A stretch of DNA of 64,000 bases, taken from the NCBI GenBank assembly GCA_963708025.1, contig CAVPSB010000012.1, positions 96,001 to 160,000 of the forward strand. Reading direction: 5' to 3'. Positions 40,972 through 55,729 of this stretch are shown here, one piece after another. The stretch's first letter is position 1, and each line of letters starts with the position of its first letter. The translations under genes and the position numbers were made by a program. The notes beneath the pieces are model-generated. The model was given only the letters and a program-made list of their open reading frames with translations, had not been told where the DNA came from and searched no databases. The DNA is from an uncultured Candidatus Rokubacteria bacterium. Lineage in GTDB: Bacteria; Methylomirabilota; Methylomirabilia; Rokubacteriales; DASRDR01.

Positions 40972-41000
40972 TTGCGGGCGGTCGGGACGCATGGTACAAT
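40972..41000 (+). promoter_or_regulatory. Sigma70-type promoter of rpsO-pnp
   Basis: TTGCGG-17 nt-TACAAT with TGn extension. Confidence 0.7.
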
Positions 41001-41019
41001 CCCCGCGTCTTTTCGTGCG

Positions 41020-41100
41020 ATTTTGGCTCGCCGTGAACCGTCCCACCGATGCAGAAGGGCCTGCACCAGGGGCGGCGATTGGGGGGGAGCCCCCGGAAGG
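41020..41100 (+). promoter_or_regulatory. Putative S15 (rpsO) leader structure
   Basis: Nested stems ccgtccc/ggggcgg and tgcag/ctgca in the 5' UTR of rpsO. Confidence 0.4.
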
Positions 41101-41111
41101 AGGCTGTCTGT

Positions 41112-41381
41112 ATGCCCGTCCCCACCGACCGGAAGAAGACGCTCATCGAGGGATACCGGCTCCACGACTCCGACACCGGCTCCCCCGAGGTCCAGATCGC
41201 GCTCCTGACCGAGCGGATCAACGGGCTGACCGAACACTTCAAGGTGCATCAGAAAGACCATCACTCGCGGCGCGGCCTGCTCAAGCTGATCGGGCAGCGG
41301 CGCGGCCTGCTGGAATACCTGAGAGGCAAGGACACCGAGCGGTACCGCCAGGTCATCGAGCGACTCGGCATCCGTCGGTGA
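41112..41381 (+). CDS. rpsO: 30S ribosomal protein S15
   Basis: [17 protein letters not shown]...KDHHSRRGL. Confidence 0.97.
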   Translation: MPVPTDRKKTLIEGYRLHDSDTGSPEVQIALLTERINGLTEHFKVHQKDHHSRRGLLKLIGQRRGLLEYLRGKDTERYRQVIERLGIRR

Positions 41382-41468
41382 GGCCCCGGGGCGAAGTCCC
41401 GAGGGGCCGGTAGGGCCGGAGGGAACGTGACCCTCTGGAACAGTTGGACTGGAGGATAGGAAGCGGCA

Positions 41469-43715
<2,247 letters not shown>

Positions 43716-43782
43716 GCCCCGCGACTCTCGACAGAGACCACCGCTCGGCGGGAGCCCGTCGCCCCCGCCGGAAGGAGCCAGA

Positions 43783-45054
43783 GTGGACGGCGAGCACCAG
43801 AAGACCATCTTGCCCAACGGCATCCGGCTGGTCAGCGAGCGCATCCCGCACGTCCGCTCGGTCGCCGTCGGCGTCTGGGTGGAGACCGGTAGCCGTCACG
43901 AGCCTTCGCCGAAGAGCGGGGTGTCGCATTTCATCGAGCACCTCGTCTTCAAGGGCACCGAGACCCGGACAGCGGAGGAGGTGGCCAAGGCCGTCGACTC
44001 GGTGGGCGGCCAGATGGACGCCTTCACCACCAAGGAGCACACCTGCTTCTACGTGACGGTGCTCGACCAGCACCTCCCGCTGGCGGCCGACCTCCTCTCC
44101 GACATCCTGCTGCACCCCCTGTTCGCGGCCGAGGACATCGACCGGGAGCGGAGCGTGGTCCTCCAGGAGTTCCGGATGGTGGAGGACACGCCGGACGACC
44201 TGATCCACGACCTCTTCGCCGAGCGCGTGTGGGCGGGGCACCCCCTCGGCCGGCCCATCCTCGGCGACAAGAAGATCATCCTGGAGCTGGCCCGCGAGAA
44301 GATCCTCGCCTACTTCGTCGAGGAGTACTGCCCGGCCCGGATCACCATCGCCGCCGCCGGGCGGCTGGAGCACGCCGAGCTGGTCGAGCTCTTCGGGAAG
44401 AGCTTCGTCGATTTCCGGCGTCCATGCGCGACGCGGGACGGCGGCGGGCCCCCTATGCTGACGCCGAGGGTCGAGCTGATCGACAAGCCGCTGGAGCAGG
44501 TCCACTTCGTCCTGGGCGGCCCTGGACTCCAGCAGGACGCGCCGGAGCGCTACACGCTGTACCTGCTCAACACGATCGTCGGCGGGAGCATGTCGTCCCG
44601 GCTCTTCCAGGAGGTCCGGGAGCGACAGGGCCTGGTCTACTCGATCTACTCCGGCAACGCCGGCTTCCGGGACTGCGGGCTCTTCTACGTCTACGCCGGC
44701 ACCGAGCCCGCCCACTTCCCCAAGGTGCTCGGGCTGGTGACCGAGGAGCTGCGCAAGGTCAAGCGGTCCGGCGTCACCGCCGATGAGCTGGCCCGGGCCA
44801 AGGAGCACCTCAAGGGGAGCCTGATGCTCTCCCTGGAGTCCACGTCCAGCCGGATGACGCGCCTGGCCAAGCAGGAGCTGTACTTCGGGCAGTACTTCAC
44901 GCTCGACGAGATCCTGGCCGCCATCGATCGGGTCACGCCGGCCGACACGGAGGCGCTGATCAGCACGCTGCTGGACCGCGGCCCGCTGTCGCTCGTCGCG
45001 CTGGGGCCCGCCGCCGGCGCCAACTCGGTCTCCGTCGACGCCCTGGCGCTCTGA
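43783..45054 (+). CDS. M16 (pitrilysin) family peptidase
   Basis: HFIEH (HxxEH), AFTTKE.TC, MSSRLFQEVRE..GLVY; GTG after AGGAG. Confidence 0.92.
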   Translation: MDGEHQKTILPNGIRLVSERIPHVRSVAVGVWVETGSRHEPSPKSGVSHFIEHLVFKGTETRTAEEVAKAVDSVGGQMDAFTTKEHTCFYVTVLDQHLPLAADLLSDILLHPLFAAEDIDRERSVVLQEFRMVEDTPDDLIHDLFAERVWAGHPLGRPILGDKKIILELAREKILAYFVEEYCPARITIAAAGRLEHAELVELFGKSFVDFRRPCATRDGGGPPMLTPRVELIDKPLEQVHFVLGGPGLQQDAPERYTLYLLNTIVGGSMSSRLFQEVRERQGLVYSIYSGNAGFRDCGLFYVYAGTEPAHFPKVLGLVTEELRKVKRSGVTADELARAKEHLKGSLMLSLESTSSRMTRLAKQELYFGQYFTLDEILAAIDRVTPADTEALISTLLDRGPLSLVALGPAAGANSVSVDALAL

Positions 45055-45130
45055 GACACCGTGAGGCCCAACGCCGGGGACGGGCGAGCAGGGCACGACC
45101 TAGAGTCATGGTAGATCAGTCAAGTTCTCG

Positions 45131-45298
45131 GGGGCGGGGCCGAGGAGCGAGCAGCGCCCACAGGCCGAAGGCCGTCCGAAGGACGCAGGGAGTCGCCGAC
45201 CGCAGGCGTACTCCGAGTACGCCGAGGATCGGCGACGACCCCAAAGGCCGAAGGCCGTCCGAACGACGACGCGATGCGACGCTCATCGGCCCCGCCCG
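45131..45298 (-). repeat. Family A full copy, reverse orientation
   Basis: Exact reverse complement of 53761-53928 by manual comparison. Confidence 0.93.
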
Positions 45299-45307
45299 CT
45301 TGCCGCC

Positions 45308-46612
45308 ATGATCCCCCGGTACACCCGGCCCGAGATGGGCGCGGTCTGGAGCGACGAGGCGAAGTACGCCGGGTGGCTCGCGGTCGAGCTGGCCGTCTGT
45401 GACGCCTACGCGCGGCGCGGCACGATCCCGGCCGAGGCGGTCGCCCGCGTCCGCGCCAAGGCCCGGGTCGACCCGCAGCGGATCGCCGAGATCGAAGCCC
45501 GCGTCCGCCACGACGTCATCGCCTTCCTCAGCGACCTCGAAGCGGCGATCGGCGAGGACTCCCGCTTCGTCCACATCGGGCTCACCTCGTCCGACGTGGT
45601 CGACACCGCGCTCGCCCTCCAGCTCGTCGAGTCGGCCGATCGGCTCCTGGCCGGGCTCGACCGGCTACGGGAGACCCTGGGTCGGCTGGCCCTGCGGCAC
45701 CGGGACACCCTGATGGTCGGCCGCACGCACGGCGTCCACGCCGAGCCGACCACGTTCGGGCTGAAGGTCGCCGGGTGGTGGGCCGAGGCGGGACGCAACC
45801 GCGAGCGACTGGTCCGGGCCCGGGAGACCGTCCGGGTCGGGAAGATCTCGGGGGCGGTCGGGAACTTCGCCCACGTGCCCCCGGAGATCGAGGCCGAGGT
45901 GTGCCGGGCGCTCGGCCTGGAGCCGGCCCCGGTCTCCACGCAGATCGTCCAGCGCGACCGGCACGCCGAGTTCGTGACCACCTGCGCCATCGTGGGCGGC
46001 AGCCTGGAGAAGATCGCCGTCGAGATCCGGAGCCTGCAGCGCACCGAGATCCTCGAACTGGAGGAGCCGTTCGCCGAGGGGCAGAAGGGCTCGTCCGCGA
46101 TGCCGCACAAGAAGAACCCGGTGTCCTGCGAGCAGGTGACCGGGCTGGCCCGCGTCCTCCGCTCCCACGCCGGCGCCGCGCTCGAGGACATCGCGCTCTG
46201 GCACGAGCGCGACATCAGTCACTCGTCGGTCGAGCGCATCATCCTGCCGGACGCGACCATCCTGCTCGACTACCTCCTGGCCCAGATGACGCGGATCCTC
46301 GATGGGCTCACCGTCGATCCCGAGCGGATGCGGGAGAACCTCGACCGCTCCTACGGCCTGGTCTACTCCCAGCGGGTGCTCCTCGCCCTTGCCGAGGCCG
46401 GGCTCCCCCGGCAGGCGGCCTACGAGCTGGTCCAGCGGGCGGCGATGCGGGCCTGGCGCGAGCGGCGCGCCTTCTTCGAGTGTCTGCAGGAGGAGCCCGA
46501 GATCACCCGGCGCCTCACCCCCGAGGCCCTGAAGGCCGCCTTCGATCCGGCCTGGTACCTCCGACACGTGGACACGGTTTTTCGCCGCCTCGGCCTCCTG
46601 GCGGCCGGATGA
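45308..46612 (+). CDS. purB: Adenylosuccinate lyase
   Basis: [39 protein letters not shown]. Confidence 0.96.
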   Translation: MIPRYTRPEMGAVWSDEAKYAGWLAVELAVCDAYARRGTIPAEAVARVRAKARVDPQRIAEIEARVRHDVIAFLSDLEAAIGEDSRFVHIGLTSSDVVDTALALQLVESADRLLAGLDRLRETLGRLALRHRDTLMVGRTHGVHAEPTTFGLKVAGWWAEAGRNRERLVRARETVRVGKISGAVGNFAHVPPEIEAEVCRALGLEPAPVSTQIVQRDRHAEFVTTCAIVGGSLEKIAVEIRSLQRTEILELEEPFAEGQKGSSAMPHKKNPVSCEQVTGLARVLRSHAGAALEDIALWHERDISHSSVERIILPDATILLDYLLAQMTRILDGLTVDPERMRENLDRSYGLVYSQRVLLALAEAGLPRQAAYELVQRAAMRAWRERRAFFECLQEEPEITRRLTPEALKAAFDPAWYLRHVDTVFRRLGLLAAG

Positions 46613-46857
46613 GAGCCCGCATCGTGATCCGGCTGCGGCGGGGGGTGCTCGACCCGCAGGGGACGACCATCCGGAAGGCGCTGGAGAGCCTCGGGTTCCC
46701 CGAGGTGCGCGAGCTGCGGGTCGGCCGGGTGCTGGAGCTGACCCTCGACGCGACGGATCGCGCGCGCGCCCAGGCCCGCCTGGACGAGATGTGCCGGAAG
46801 CTCCTCGCGAATCCGGTGATCGAGGACTACACCGTCGAGCTCGAGGACGCGCCATAG
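46609..46857 (+). CDS. purS: FGAM synthase subunit PurS
   Basis: VLDPQG, LLANPVIEDY. Confidence 0.95.
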   Translation: MRARIVIRLRRGVLDPQGTTIRKALESLGFPEVRELRVGRVLELTLDATDRARAQARLDEMCRKLLANPVIEDYTVELEDAP

Positions 46858-46885
46858 CGCACGTTGGTCGCCACGTCCGTCGTGC

Positions 46886-46914
46886 TTGTGGATCGGACTC
46901 CCGCATAGTAGAAT
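46886..46914 (+). promoter_or_regulatory. Internal sigma70-type promoter upstream of purQ
   Basis: TTGTGG-17 nt-TAGAAT. Confidence 0.55.
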
Positions 46915-46975
46915 CGCCTCGGAGTCCTGGCGAAGGAGGCGAGAGCGCGCGAGAACCCCTGAGGGAGGAGGGTGC

Positions 46976-47692
46976 ATGAGGTTCGGCGTCGTCATCTTTC
47001 CGGGCACGTGGAGCGACATGGACTTCCACCATGTCATCTCCGAGGTTCTCCACCAGCCGGTCGAGTACCTGTGGCACCGGGACACCGATCTCTCCCGCTA
47101 CGACTGTCTCATCCTGCCCGGCGGCTTCTCCTACGGCGATTACCTTCGCGCCGGTGCCATCGCCGGCCGGTCACCGGTCGTGGCCGCGATCCCCGGCTTC
47201 GTCGCCCGCGGCGGCCTCGTCCTCGGGAGCTGCAACGGATTCCAGATTCTCTGCGAGGCGGGGCTGCTTCCCGGCACGCTCCTCCGGAACGAGTGCCTCC
47301 AGTTCCGGTGCCAGTCCACGTACCTGGTCGTCGAGCAGACCGACACCCCCTTCACGCGCGGACTCCGGCGGGGCCAGGTGCTGAAGATGCCCATCTCGCA
47401 CGGCGAGGGGCGCTATCACGCGAACCCGGCCCTCCTCCAGCAGCTCAAGGATCGCAACCAGATCGTCTTCCGCTATGCGACCGAGAGCGGTGAGGTGATC
47501 AAGACCGCGAATCCGAACGGCTCGCTCTTCAACATCGCCGGCGTCTGCAACGAGGACGGGACGGTGGTGGGGCTCATGCCGCATCCCGAGCGCGCGGCGG
47601 AGGCGAGCGTCGGGGGCAGCACCGACGGGCTTCAGCTCTTCCACTCGCTTCTCGGGAGCCTGGTCGAGAACGGGTCCGTCCTCGGTCGCTGA
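46976..47692 (+). CDS. purQ: FGAM synthase subunit PurQ
   Basis: [36 protein letters not shown]. Confidence 0.96.
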   Translation: MRFGVVIFPGTWSDMDFHHVISEVLHQPVEYLWHRDTDLSRYDCLILPGGFSYGDYLRAGAIAGRSPVVAAIPGFVARGGLVLGSCNGFQILCEAGLLPGTLLRNECLQFRCQSTYLVVEQTDTPFTRGLRRGQVLKMPISHGEGRYHANPALLQQLKDRNQIVFRYATESGEVIKTANPNGSLFNIAGVCNEDGTVVGLMPHPERAAEASVGGSTDGLQLFHSLLGSLVENGSVLGR

Positions 47693-47718
47693 CCCGGGGA
47701 CGCCGGAGGGGTAAGGCC

Positions 47719-49976
<2,258 letters not shown>

Positions 49977-49980
<4 letters not shown>

Positions 49981-51551
49981 GCACCGAGCGGCAGCAAGAG
50001 CAAAACGAGATGGCGGCAGAGGCGGGTGCCCGAAACCCCCAGGTGGGGGGGTCTAGGGGGGGACCACCGGAAGGGCGGGACGGACGCGAGGCCGCAGGCC
50101 GAGCGCGTCCCGGCGATCGGACGGTTGGGACTCCCCCCCTAACGGACGATCACGACGACAAGTTCCACGACGAGTGCGGTCTCTTCGGGGTGTTCAACCA
50201 CCCCGAGGCGGCGAACCTCGCCTACCTCGGGCTCTACGCCCTGCAGCACCGCGGCCAGGAGTCGGCCGGCATCGCGGCCAGTGACGGCACCGGCCTCCAC
50301 GTCGAGAAGGCGATGGGGTGGGTCTCGGACGTCTTCGGCCCCGAGCGGCTCAAGCGCCTGCAGGGGCGGCTGGCCATCGGCCACGTCCGCTACTCGACGG
50401 CGGGCTCCTCGACCCTGCGGAACGCTCAGCCGATCAGCGCGACGTTCGCGCGGGGACCCGTCGCGCTCGCGCACAACGGCAACCTGGTGAATGCCGATAC
50501 CCTGCGCCGGGAGCTGGAGGCGGCCGGCGCCATCTTCCAGTCCACCTCGGACTCGGAGGTGATCCTCCACCTTCTGGCCCGGGCCGACCGGCTGCCGCTG
50601 CCGCGGGTCCTGCCTCACGCGCTGGCCCAGGTCAGCGGCGCCTACTCGCTGCTGATGCTGACCCCCGAGGCGCTGGTCGGCTGCCGCGATCCCCATGGCT
50701 TCCGGCCCCTCGTCATCGGCCGGCTGGGGGAGACGTGGCTGCTGGCCTCCGAGACGTGCGCCCTCGATCTCCTGGAGGCGGAGTTCGTCCGCGACGTGGA
50801 GCCGGGCGAGATCGTCGTCATCGATCGGAACGGGCTCCACTCGACGAAGCCGTTCCCGGCCAAGCGGCAGCTCCAGTGCGTGTTCGAGTACGTCTACTTC
50901 GCCCGGCCGGACACGACGCTATGGGGCCAGAACGTCTACCACGTCCGGAAGGCGATGGGACACCGGCTGGCCGAGGAGCACCCGGCCGAGGCCGACATCG
51001 TGGTGCCGGTGCCGGACTCGGGGGTGGGGGCGGCCCTCGGCTACGCCGAGCGCTCGGGCATCCCGTTCGAGCTGGGCCTGATCCGCAACCACTACGTCGG
51101 GCGGACCTTCATCGAGCCCCGCCAGGGCATCCGGCACTTCGGCGTCCGGGTGAAGCTGAACCCGATGCGGGAGACGCTGGACGGCCGGCGCGTGGTGGTC
51201 GTCGACGACTCGATCGTCCGGGGGACGACGAGCCGGAAGATCGTCAAGATGATCCGCTCGGCCGGCGCCCGCGAGGTCCACCTCCGGATCTCCTCCCCGC
51301 CGATCCAGTGGCCCTGCTACTACGGGATCGACACCCCGACCCGCAAGCAGCTCATCGCCTCCAGCCACAAGGTCGAGGAGATCCGCCGCTACCTGGAGGC
51401 GGATTCGCTCGGCTACCTCTCGCTCGACGGCATGCTGAAGGCGGTCGGTGGGGACGAGACCCGCTTCTGCCACGCCTGCTTCACCGGCGAGTACAAGGTC
51501 GGGTTTCCGCAGGAGGATACGGCCCAGCTCGCCCTGTTCGATCGAGGGTGA
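49977..51551 (+). CDS. purF: Amidophosphoribosyltransferase with unusually long propeptide
   Basis: ATGA overlap with pur[33 protein letters not shown]-terminal CHAC. Confidence 0.95.
50054..50141. repeat. Palindromic element (family D) inside the purF 5' coding region
   Basis: Perfect 10-bp IR (TA-G7-A at 50054-50063 / T-C7-TA at 50132-50141); inner ggacgcg/cgcgtcc stem; ggcc-GCA-ggcc hairpin. Confidence 0.7.
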
Positions 51552-51553
51552 CG

Positions 51554-52177
51554 ATGCCCGTCCCGCCCCTTCGCCTCGGCGTCCTGGCCTCGGGCCGCGG
51601 GTCGAACCTGCAGGCTATCATCGACGCCATCGACGCCGGCCGCTGTCCGGCGCGGGTCGCCGTCGTCGTGAGCAACCGCAAGGAAGCCGGGGCTCTCGAC
51701 CGGGCTCGGCGGGCCGGCCTCCCGGCGGTCCACGTCGATCCGCTGAGCCATCCCGACCGGTCGGCCTTCGACGAGGCCGTCACCGCCGTCCTGGCCGAGC
51801 ACGGGGTCGAGTTGGTCTGCCTGGCCGGCTACATGCGCCTCCTCTCGACGGAGTTCATCGCCGCCTGGCGGAACCGGATCCTGAACGTGCACCCGGCGCT
51901 CCTGCCTGCGTTTCCCGGACTCCACGCCCAGCGGCAGGCGCTCGACCACGGGGCCAGGGTGAGCGGGGCCACCATCCACTTGGTGGACGAGGGGGTGGAC
52001 ACCGGCCCCATCGTGTTGCAGGCGGCCGTCGCGGTCGGGGAGGACGACACCGAGGCCACGCTGGCGGCCCGGATCCTCGTCGAGGAGCACCGCCTCTATC
52101 CGGAGGCGATCCGGCTCTACGCCGAAGGCCGGCTCGCGATCGAGGGGCGGCGGGTTCGCATCCGGATGGACCGGTGA
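51554..52177 (+). CDS. purN: Phosphoribosylglycinamide formyltransferase
   Basis: LASGRGSNLQA, LAGYMR, NVHPALLP, VDTGPI. Confidence 0.96.
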   Translation: MPVPPLRLGVLASGRGSNLQAIIDAIDAGRCPARVAVVVSNRKEAGALDRARRAGLPAVHVDPLSHPDRSAFDEAVTAVLAEHGVELVCLAGYMRLLSTEFIAAWRNRILNVHPALLPAFPGLHAQRQALDHGARVSGATIHLVDEGVDTGPIVLQAAVAVGEDDTEATLAARILVEEHRLYPEAIRLYAEGRLAIEGRRVRIRMDR

Positions 52178-53760
52178 GCGTGGTCCGCCGGGCCCTCATC
52201 TCGGTGGCCGACAAGACCGGGGCGGTGGAGTTCGCGCGCGGCCTCGTGGCCCTCGGCGTCGAGCTGGTCTCGACCGGCGGCACCGCTCGCGCCCTCACCG
52301 AGGCCGGGCTCCGGGTCCGGGAGGTCGCCGAGCTGACCGGCTTTCCCGAGATGCTGGACGGCCGGGTCAAGACCCTCCACCCGGCAATCCACGGCGGCCT
52401 CCTGGCCCGCCGCGGCCAGCCCGAGCACATGCGCCAGCTCGCCCTCCACGGGATCGAGCCCATCGACCTGGTGGCGGTCAACCTCTACCCGTTCGAGCAG
52501 ACGGTGGCGAAGCCGGCGGCGGCCTTCGAGGAGATTCTCGAGAACATCGACGTCGGGGGGCCGGCCATGATCCGGGCCGCCGCCAAGAACCACGCGGGGG
52601 TGGCGGTCCTGGTGGACCCGGGCCAGTACGGGCCGGTGCTCGAGGAGCTCCGGCGGAGCGGCGGCGAGCTGTCCGCGCAGACCCGGAGCCGCCTGGCCCA
52701 GGAGGCGTTCCGCCGGACGGCCCAGTACGACGCGGCGATCGCGGCCTGGCTCCGGACGCCGGCGGCGCCCCGGACCCCGGCCGCGGAGACGCCGCCCCTG
52801 TTTCCCCCGGTCCTCCGGCTGGAGGCCGAGCGCGTGCTGTCCCTGCGGTACGGCGAGAACCCGCACCAGCAGGCGGCGCTGTACCGGCCCCTGGGCCCGG
52901 CCCTCGGGGTCGGCGCCGCCCGCCAGCTCCACGGGCCCGAGCTGTCGTACAACAACCTGCTGGACCTGTCGGCGGCGCTCGGCCTCCTGCTCGAGTTCGA
53001 GGAGCCGGCGGCCGTGGTCGTCAAGCACACGAACCCCTGCGGGGCCGCGGTGGCCGCCGACGTCGTCGCCGCCTTCGAGCGGGCCCGAGCGTCCGACCCG
53101 GTCTCGATCTACGGCGGGATCGTCGGGGTGAACCGGCCGGTCGACCTGCCGCTCCTGCCGGCCCTGGGCGGGATCCTCCTCGAGATCCTGTTCGCGCCCG
53201 GCGTGACCGGGGCCGCGCTGGAGGAGCTCCGCCGGACGAAGAAGAAGCTCCGCGTGATCGAGCTGCCGTGCGATCGCCGGGGGTGGCCGCCCCGTCCGAC
53301 CGAGGTGCGCGGCATCCTTGGCGCACTCCTGGTCCAGGAGCTGGATCTCGCCGACCTCGAGGCGTCGGCCTGCAAGGTGGTCAGCCGACGGGAGCCGACG
53401 GCGGCCGAGTGGCAGGCGCTCCGCTTCGCCTGGCGGGTGGCCAAGCACGTCAAGTCCAACGCGATCGTGCTGGCGTCGAGCGACCAGGTGCTCGGGGTCG
53501 GCGCCGGCCAGATGAGCCGGGTGGACGCGGCCCGCCTGGCGGTGCTGCGCGCCCGGGAGCACGGGCACGCGACCGCGGGCGCCGTCGCGGCGTCCGATGC
53601 CTTCTTCCCCTTCCGTGACGGGCTGGACGTGGTGGCCGAAGCCGGTGCCACCGCGGTCATCCACCCGGGCGGCTCCATCCGGGATGACGAGGTGATCGCG
53701 GCTGCCGACGCTCATGGCATGGCGATGGTGCTGACGGGCATCCGCCACTTCAAGCATTAG
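52174..53760 (+). CDS. purH: AICAR transformylase/IMP cyclohydrolase
   Basis: ALISVADK, RVKTLHP, LRYGENPHQ, KHTNPCG, ASDAFFPF, RHFKH. Confidence 0.97.
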   Translation: MSVVRRALISVADKTGAVEFARGLVALGVELVSTGGTARALTEAGLRVREVAELTGFPEMLDGRVKTLHPAIHGGLLARRGQPEHMRQLALHGIEPIDLVAVNLYPFEQTVAKPAAAFEEILENIDVGGPAMIRAAAKNHAGVAVLVDPGQYGPVLEELRRSGGELSAQTRSRLAQEAFRRTAQYDAAIAAWLRTPAAPRTPAAETPPLFPPVLRLEAERVLSLRYGENPHQQAALYRPLGPALGVGAARQLHGPELSYNNLLDLSAALGLLLEFEEPAAVVVKHTNPCGAAVAADVVAAFERARASDPVSIYGGIVGVNRPVDLPLLPALGGILLEILFAPGVTGAALEELRRTKKKLRVIELPCDRRGWPPRPTEVRGILGALLVQELDLADLEASACKVVSRREPTAAEWQALRFAWRVAKHVKSNAIVLASSDQVLGVGAGQMSRVDAARLAVLRAREHGHATAGAVAASDAFFPFRDGLDVVAEAGATAVIHPGGSIRDDEVIAAADAHGMAMVLTGIRHFKH

Positions 53761-53928
53761 CGGGCGGGGCCGATGAGCGTCGCATCGCGTCGTCGTTCGG
53801 ACGGCCTTCGGCCTTTGGGGTCGTCGCCGATCCTCGGCGTACTCGGAGTACGCCTGCGGTCGGCGACTCCCTGCGTCCTTCGGACGGCCTTCGGCCTGTG
53901 GGCGCTGCTCGCTCCTCGGCCCCGCCCC
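53761..53928 (+). repeat. Family A full copy
   Basis: Begins immediately after the purH TAG; shared tail continues to about 53960. Confidence 0.93.
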
Positions 53929-53984
53929 CGGGAGCTTGGCTCATCGGCCACGACTTCGGCGTATCTCCTGGGGGAGGCTCACTG

Positions 53985-54320
53985 ATGGCAGGGCTGCAGC
54001 CGTTGTTCCGGTGGGACGGAAAGTACTGGGGGTTCGTGGCAGACGGCGCGCTCTACGACCGCCACGGGCGCCAGGTCGGCTGGCTCGACGGCGCCGATGT
54101 CTACCAGCTGAACGGCCGCTTCATGGGCGAGCTGCGCGAGGGCCGGCACGTCCTGCGCGATCTCCTGCGCGCCGAGCCGATCCACCGGGCGCCGCGGGCG
54201 GTGGTCCCGCACCCGACGCCGCCGACCCCGGCCCCCGATCGCCAGGCCCGCGAGCTGATGGAAGACTGGCGGGACGCGCTGCCGTGGCCGCTGCCGCCCC
54301 CGGTGCCGCCGCGGGTCTGA
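53985..54320 (+). CDS. Hypothetical protein, 4-fold beta-flower-like repeats
   Basis: ATG after GGAGG; repeated (Y/F)xxxGxxxGx(L/V) units, Pro-rich tail. Confidence 0.6.
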   Translation: MAGLQPLFRWDGKYWGFVADGALYDRHGRQVGWLDGADVYQLNGRFMGELREGRHVLRDLLRAEPIHRAPRAVVPHPTPPTPAPDRQARELMEDWRDALPWPLPPPVPPRV

Positions 54321-54348
54321 TCCGCTGACTTCCGTCCTGGACCGACTG

Positions 54349-54762
54349 GTGCTCGTCGGCGCCGGGCTCGGGCTGGCGCTCACCCTCGCGCTTCATCTGG
54401 GCACCCTCGCCGCCGCCGGCCCCCCGGCCGCTCCGTGGTCCTGGCTGATCCACGGCGGAGCCATCGGCGGCTGCTGGTGGGTGGCGGCGCGGATCCGAGC
54501 GGCAGGGTTCCGTGGCGTCGGCGGCTTGCTCCGCATCCGGAAGATGGTGCCGATCCCGCTCCGGCTCGCGCTGGCGGCGGCCACGCTGAACGTGCTGGTG
54601 ACGGCGGGTCTCACCGCCACCGGCCGCGGCCTCCCCGGCCGCGCCCTGACCGCCTACTGGCTGATGATGTATCTCCTCGTCTCGATCCTTGCCACCTGGG
54701 TCGTGGTCCGGCTCCGGGCGGCCGAGCCGCGGGCGGCCGGGCGGGCAGGCACCGCCCGCTGA
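54349..54762 (+). CDS. Small membrane protein (about 4 TM)
   Basis: Four hydrophobic segments; start uncertain. Confidence 0.55.
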   Translation: MLVGAGLGLALTLALHLGTLAAAGPPAAPWSWLIHGGAIGGCWWVAARIRAAGFRGVGGLLRIRKMVPIPLRLALAAATLNVLVTAGLTATGRGLPGRALTAYWLMMYLLVSILATWVVVRLRAAEPRAAGRAGTAR

Positions 54763-54764
54763 AT

Positions 54765-54793
54765 TTGCGACAGGCGCACCCGGTTGCTATGAT
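54765..54793 (+). promoter_or_regulatory. Sigma70-type promoter of ku
   Basis: TTGCGA-17 nt-TATGAT with TGn extension. Confidence 0.7.
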
Positions 54794-54848
54794 GAGGCCC
54801 TGTCCGCGTCGCGGTCGGGCCTGATCCTTCCGTTCCGAGGAGGCGCGC

Positions 54849-55712
54849 ATGGCGTCCGTGTTGGCAGGGGTCATCACCTTCGGGCTGGTGTCGATCCCCG
54901 TGAAGCTGTACGTCGCGGCCCGCCCCGAGACGGTGTCGTTCAACCAGCTCCACTCCGTCTGTCACTCCCGCCTCCGGCAGAAGCTCTACTGTCCGACCTG
55001 CGAGCGGGACGTCGAGCGCTCGGAGATCGTCAAGGGCTACAAGCAGGGTGACGACTACGTCATCATGGACGACGCCGACTTCGAGGCGGGCGAGCGCGAG
55101 TCCTCCCGGGCCCTGGAGGTGCTGGAGTTCGTGGATGCCGAGAGCGTGGATCCCGTCTACCTCGAGCGGTCCTACTACCTGGCGCCCCAGGAGGGGAGCG
55201 AGCGGGCGTACCACGTGCTGCTCAGCGCCCTCGCCGAGGCCCGGAAGGCGGCCGTGGTCCGCTTCGTGATGGGGACGCGCGAGTACCACGCGCTGGTCCG
55301 CGCGGGCGACGGGAAGCTCGTCCTCCACACGCTCTACTACGCGGACGAGGTCCGCGAGCTGGAGGCGCGCTGGAAGCCGGTCAAGCCGTCGCCCCAGGAG
55401 GTCGAGCTCGGCATCAAGCTGGTGGAGGCGCTCGCCCAGGACTTCGATCCCACCAAGTACCACGACGAGCACCGCACCAAGCTGATGGAGCTGATCCAGG
55501 CCAAGGCCGAGGGCCGGTCGGTCGCGGCCCCCGCCGAGCGGCGCGAGCCGGCGAAGGTCGTGAACCTGATGGAGGCGCTCCGGCAGTCCGTCGAGCAGGT
55601 GAAGAAGCCCCTGGCGAAAGCCGAGACGACGCCGCGGACGGCCGCGGCCGCGAAGCCCAAGCGGGCCGCGGTCGCCAACGCCGGCCCCGCCCGAAAGGTG
55701 GCCCGGAAGTAG
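54849..55712 (+). CDS. ku: Non-homologous end-joining protein Ku
   Basis: G.ITFGLVSIPVKLY, IVKGY, YYLAP, LHTLYYADEVR, VVNLMEALRQSV, basic C-terminal tail. Confidence 0.93.
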   Translation: MASVLAGVITFGLVSIPVKLYVAARPETVSFNQLHSVCHSRLRQKLYCPTCERDVERSEIVKGYKQGDDYVIMDDADFEAGERESSRALEVLEFVDAESVDPVYLERSYYLAPQEGSERAYHVLLSALAEARKAAVVRFVMGTREYHALVRAGDGKLVLHTLYYADEVRELEARWKPVKPSPQEVELGIKLVEALAQDFDPTKYHDEHRTKLMELIQAKAEGRSVAAPAERREPAKVVNLMEALRQSVEQVKKPLAKAETTPRTAAAAKPKRAAVANAGPARKVARK

Positions 55713-55729
55713 CGCGCGACGGGCGCGCG

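Noticed and set aside
53750-53985. Recurrent small ORFs such as MSVASRRRSDGLRPLGSSPILG on both strands
   Set aside because: They are translations of the repeat itself; variation between copies follows base pairing, not codons.
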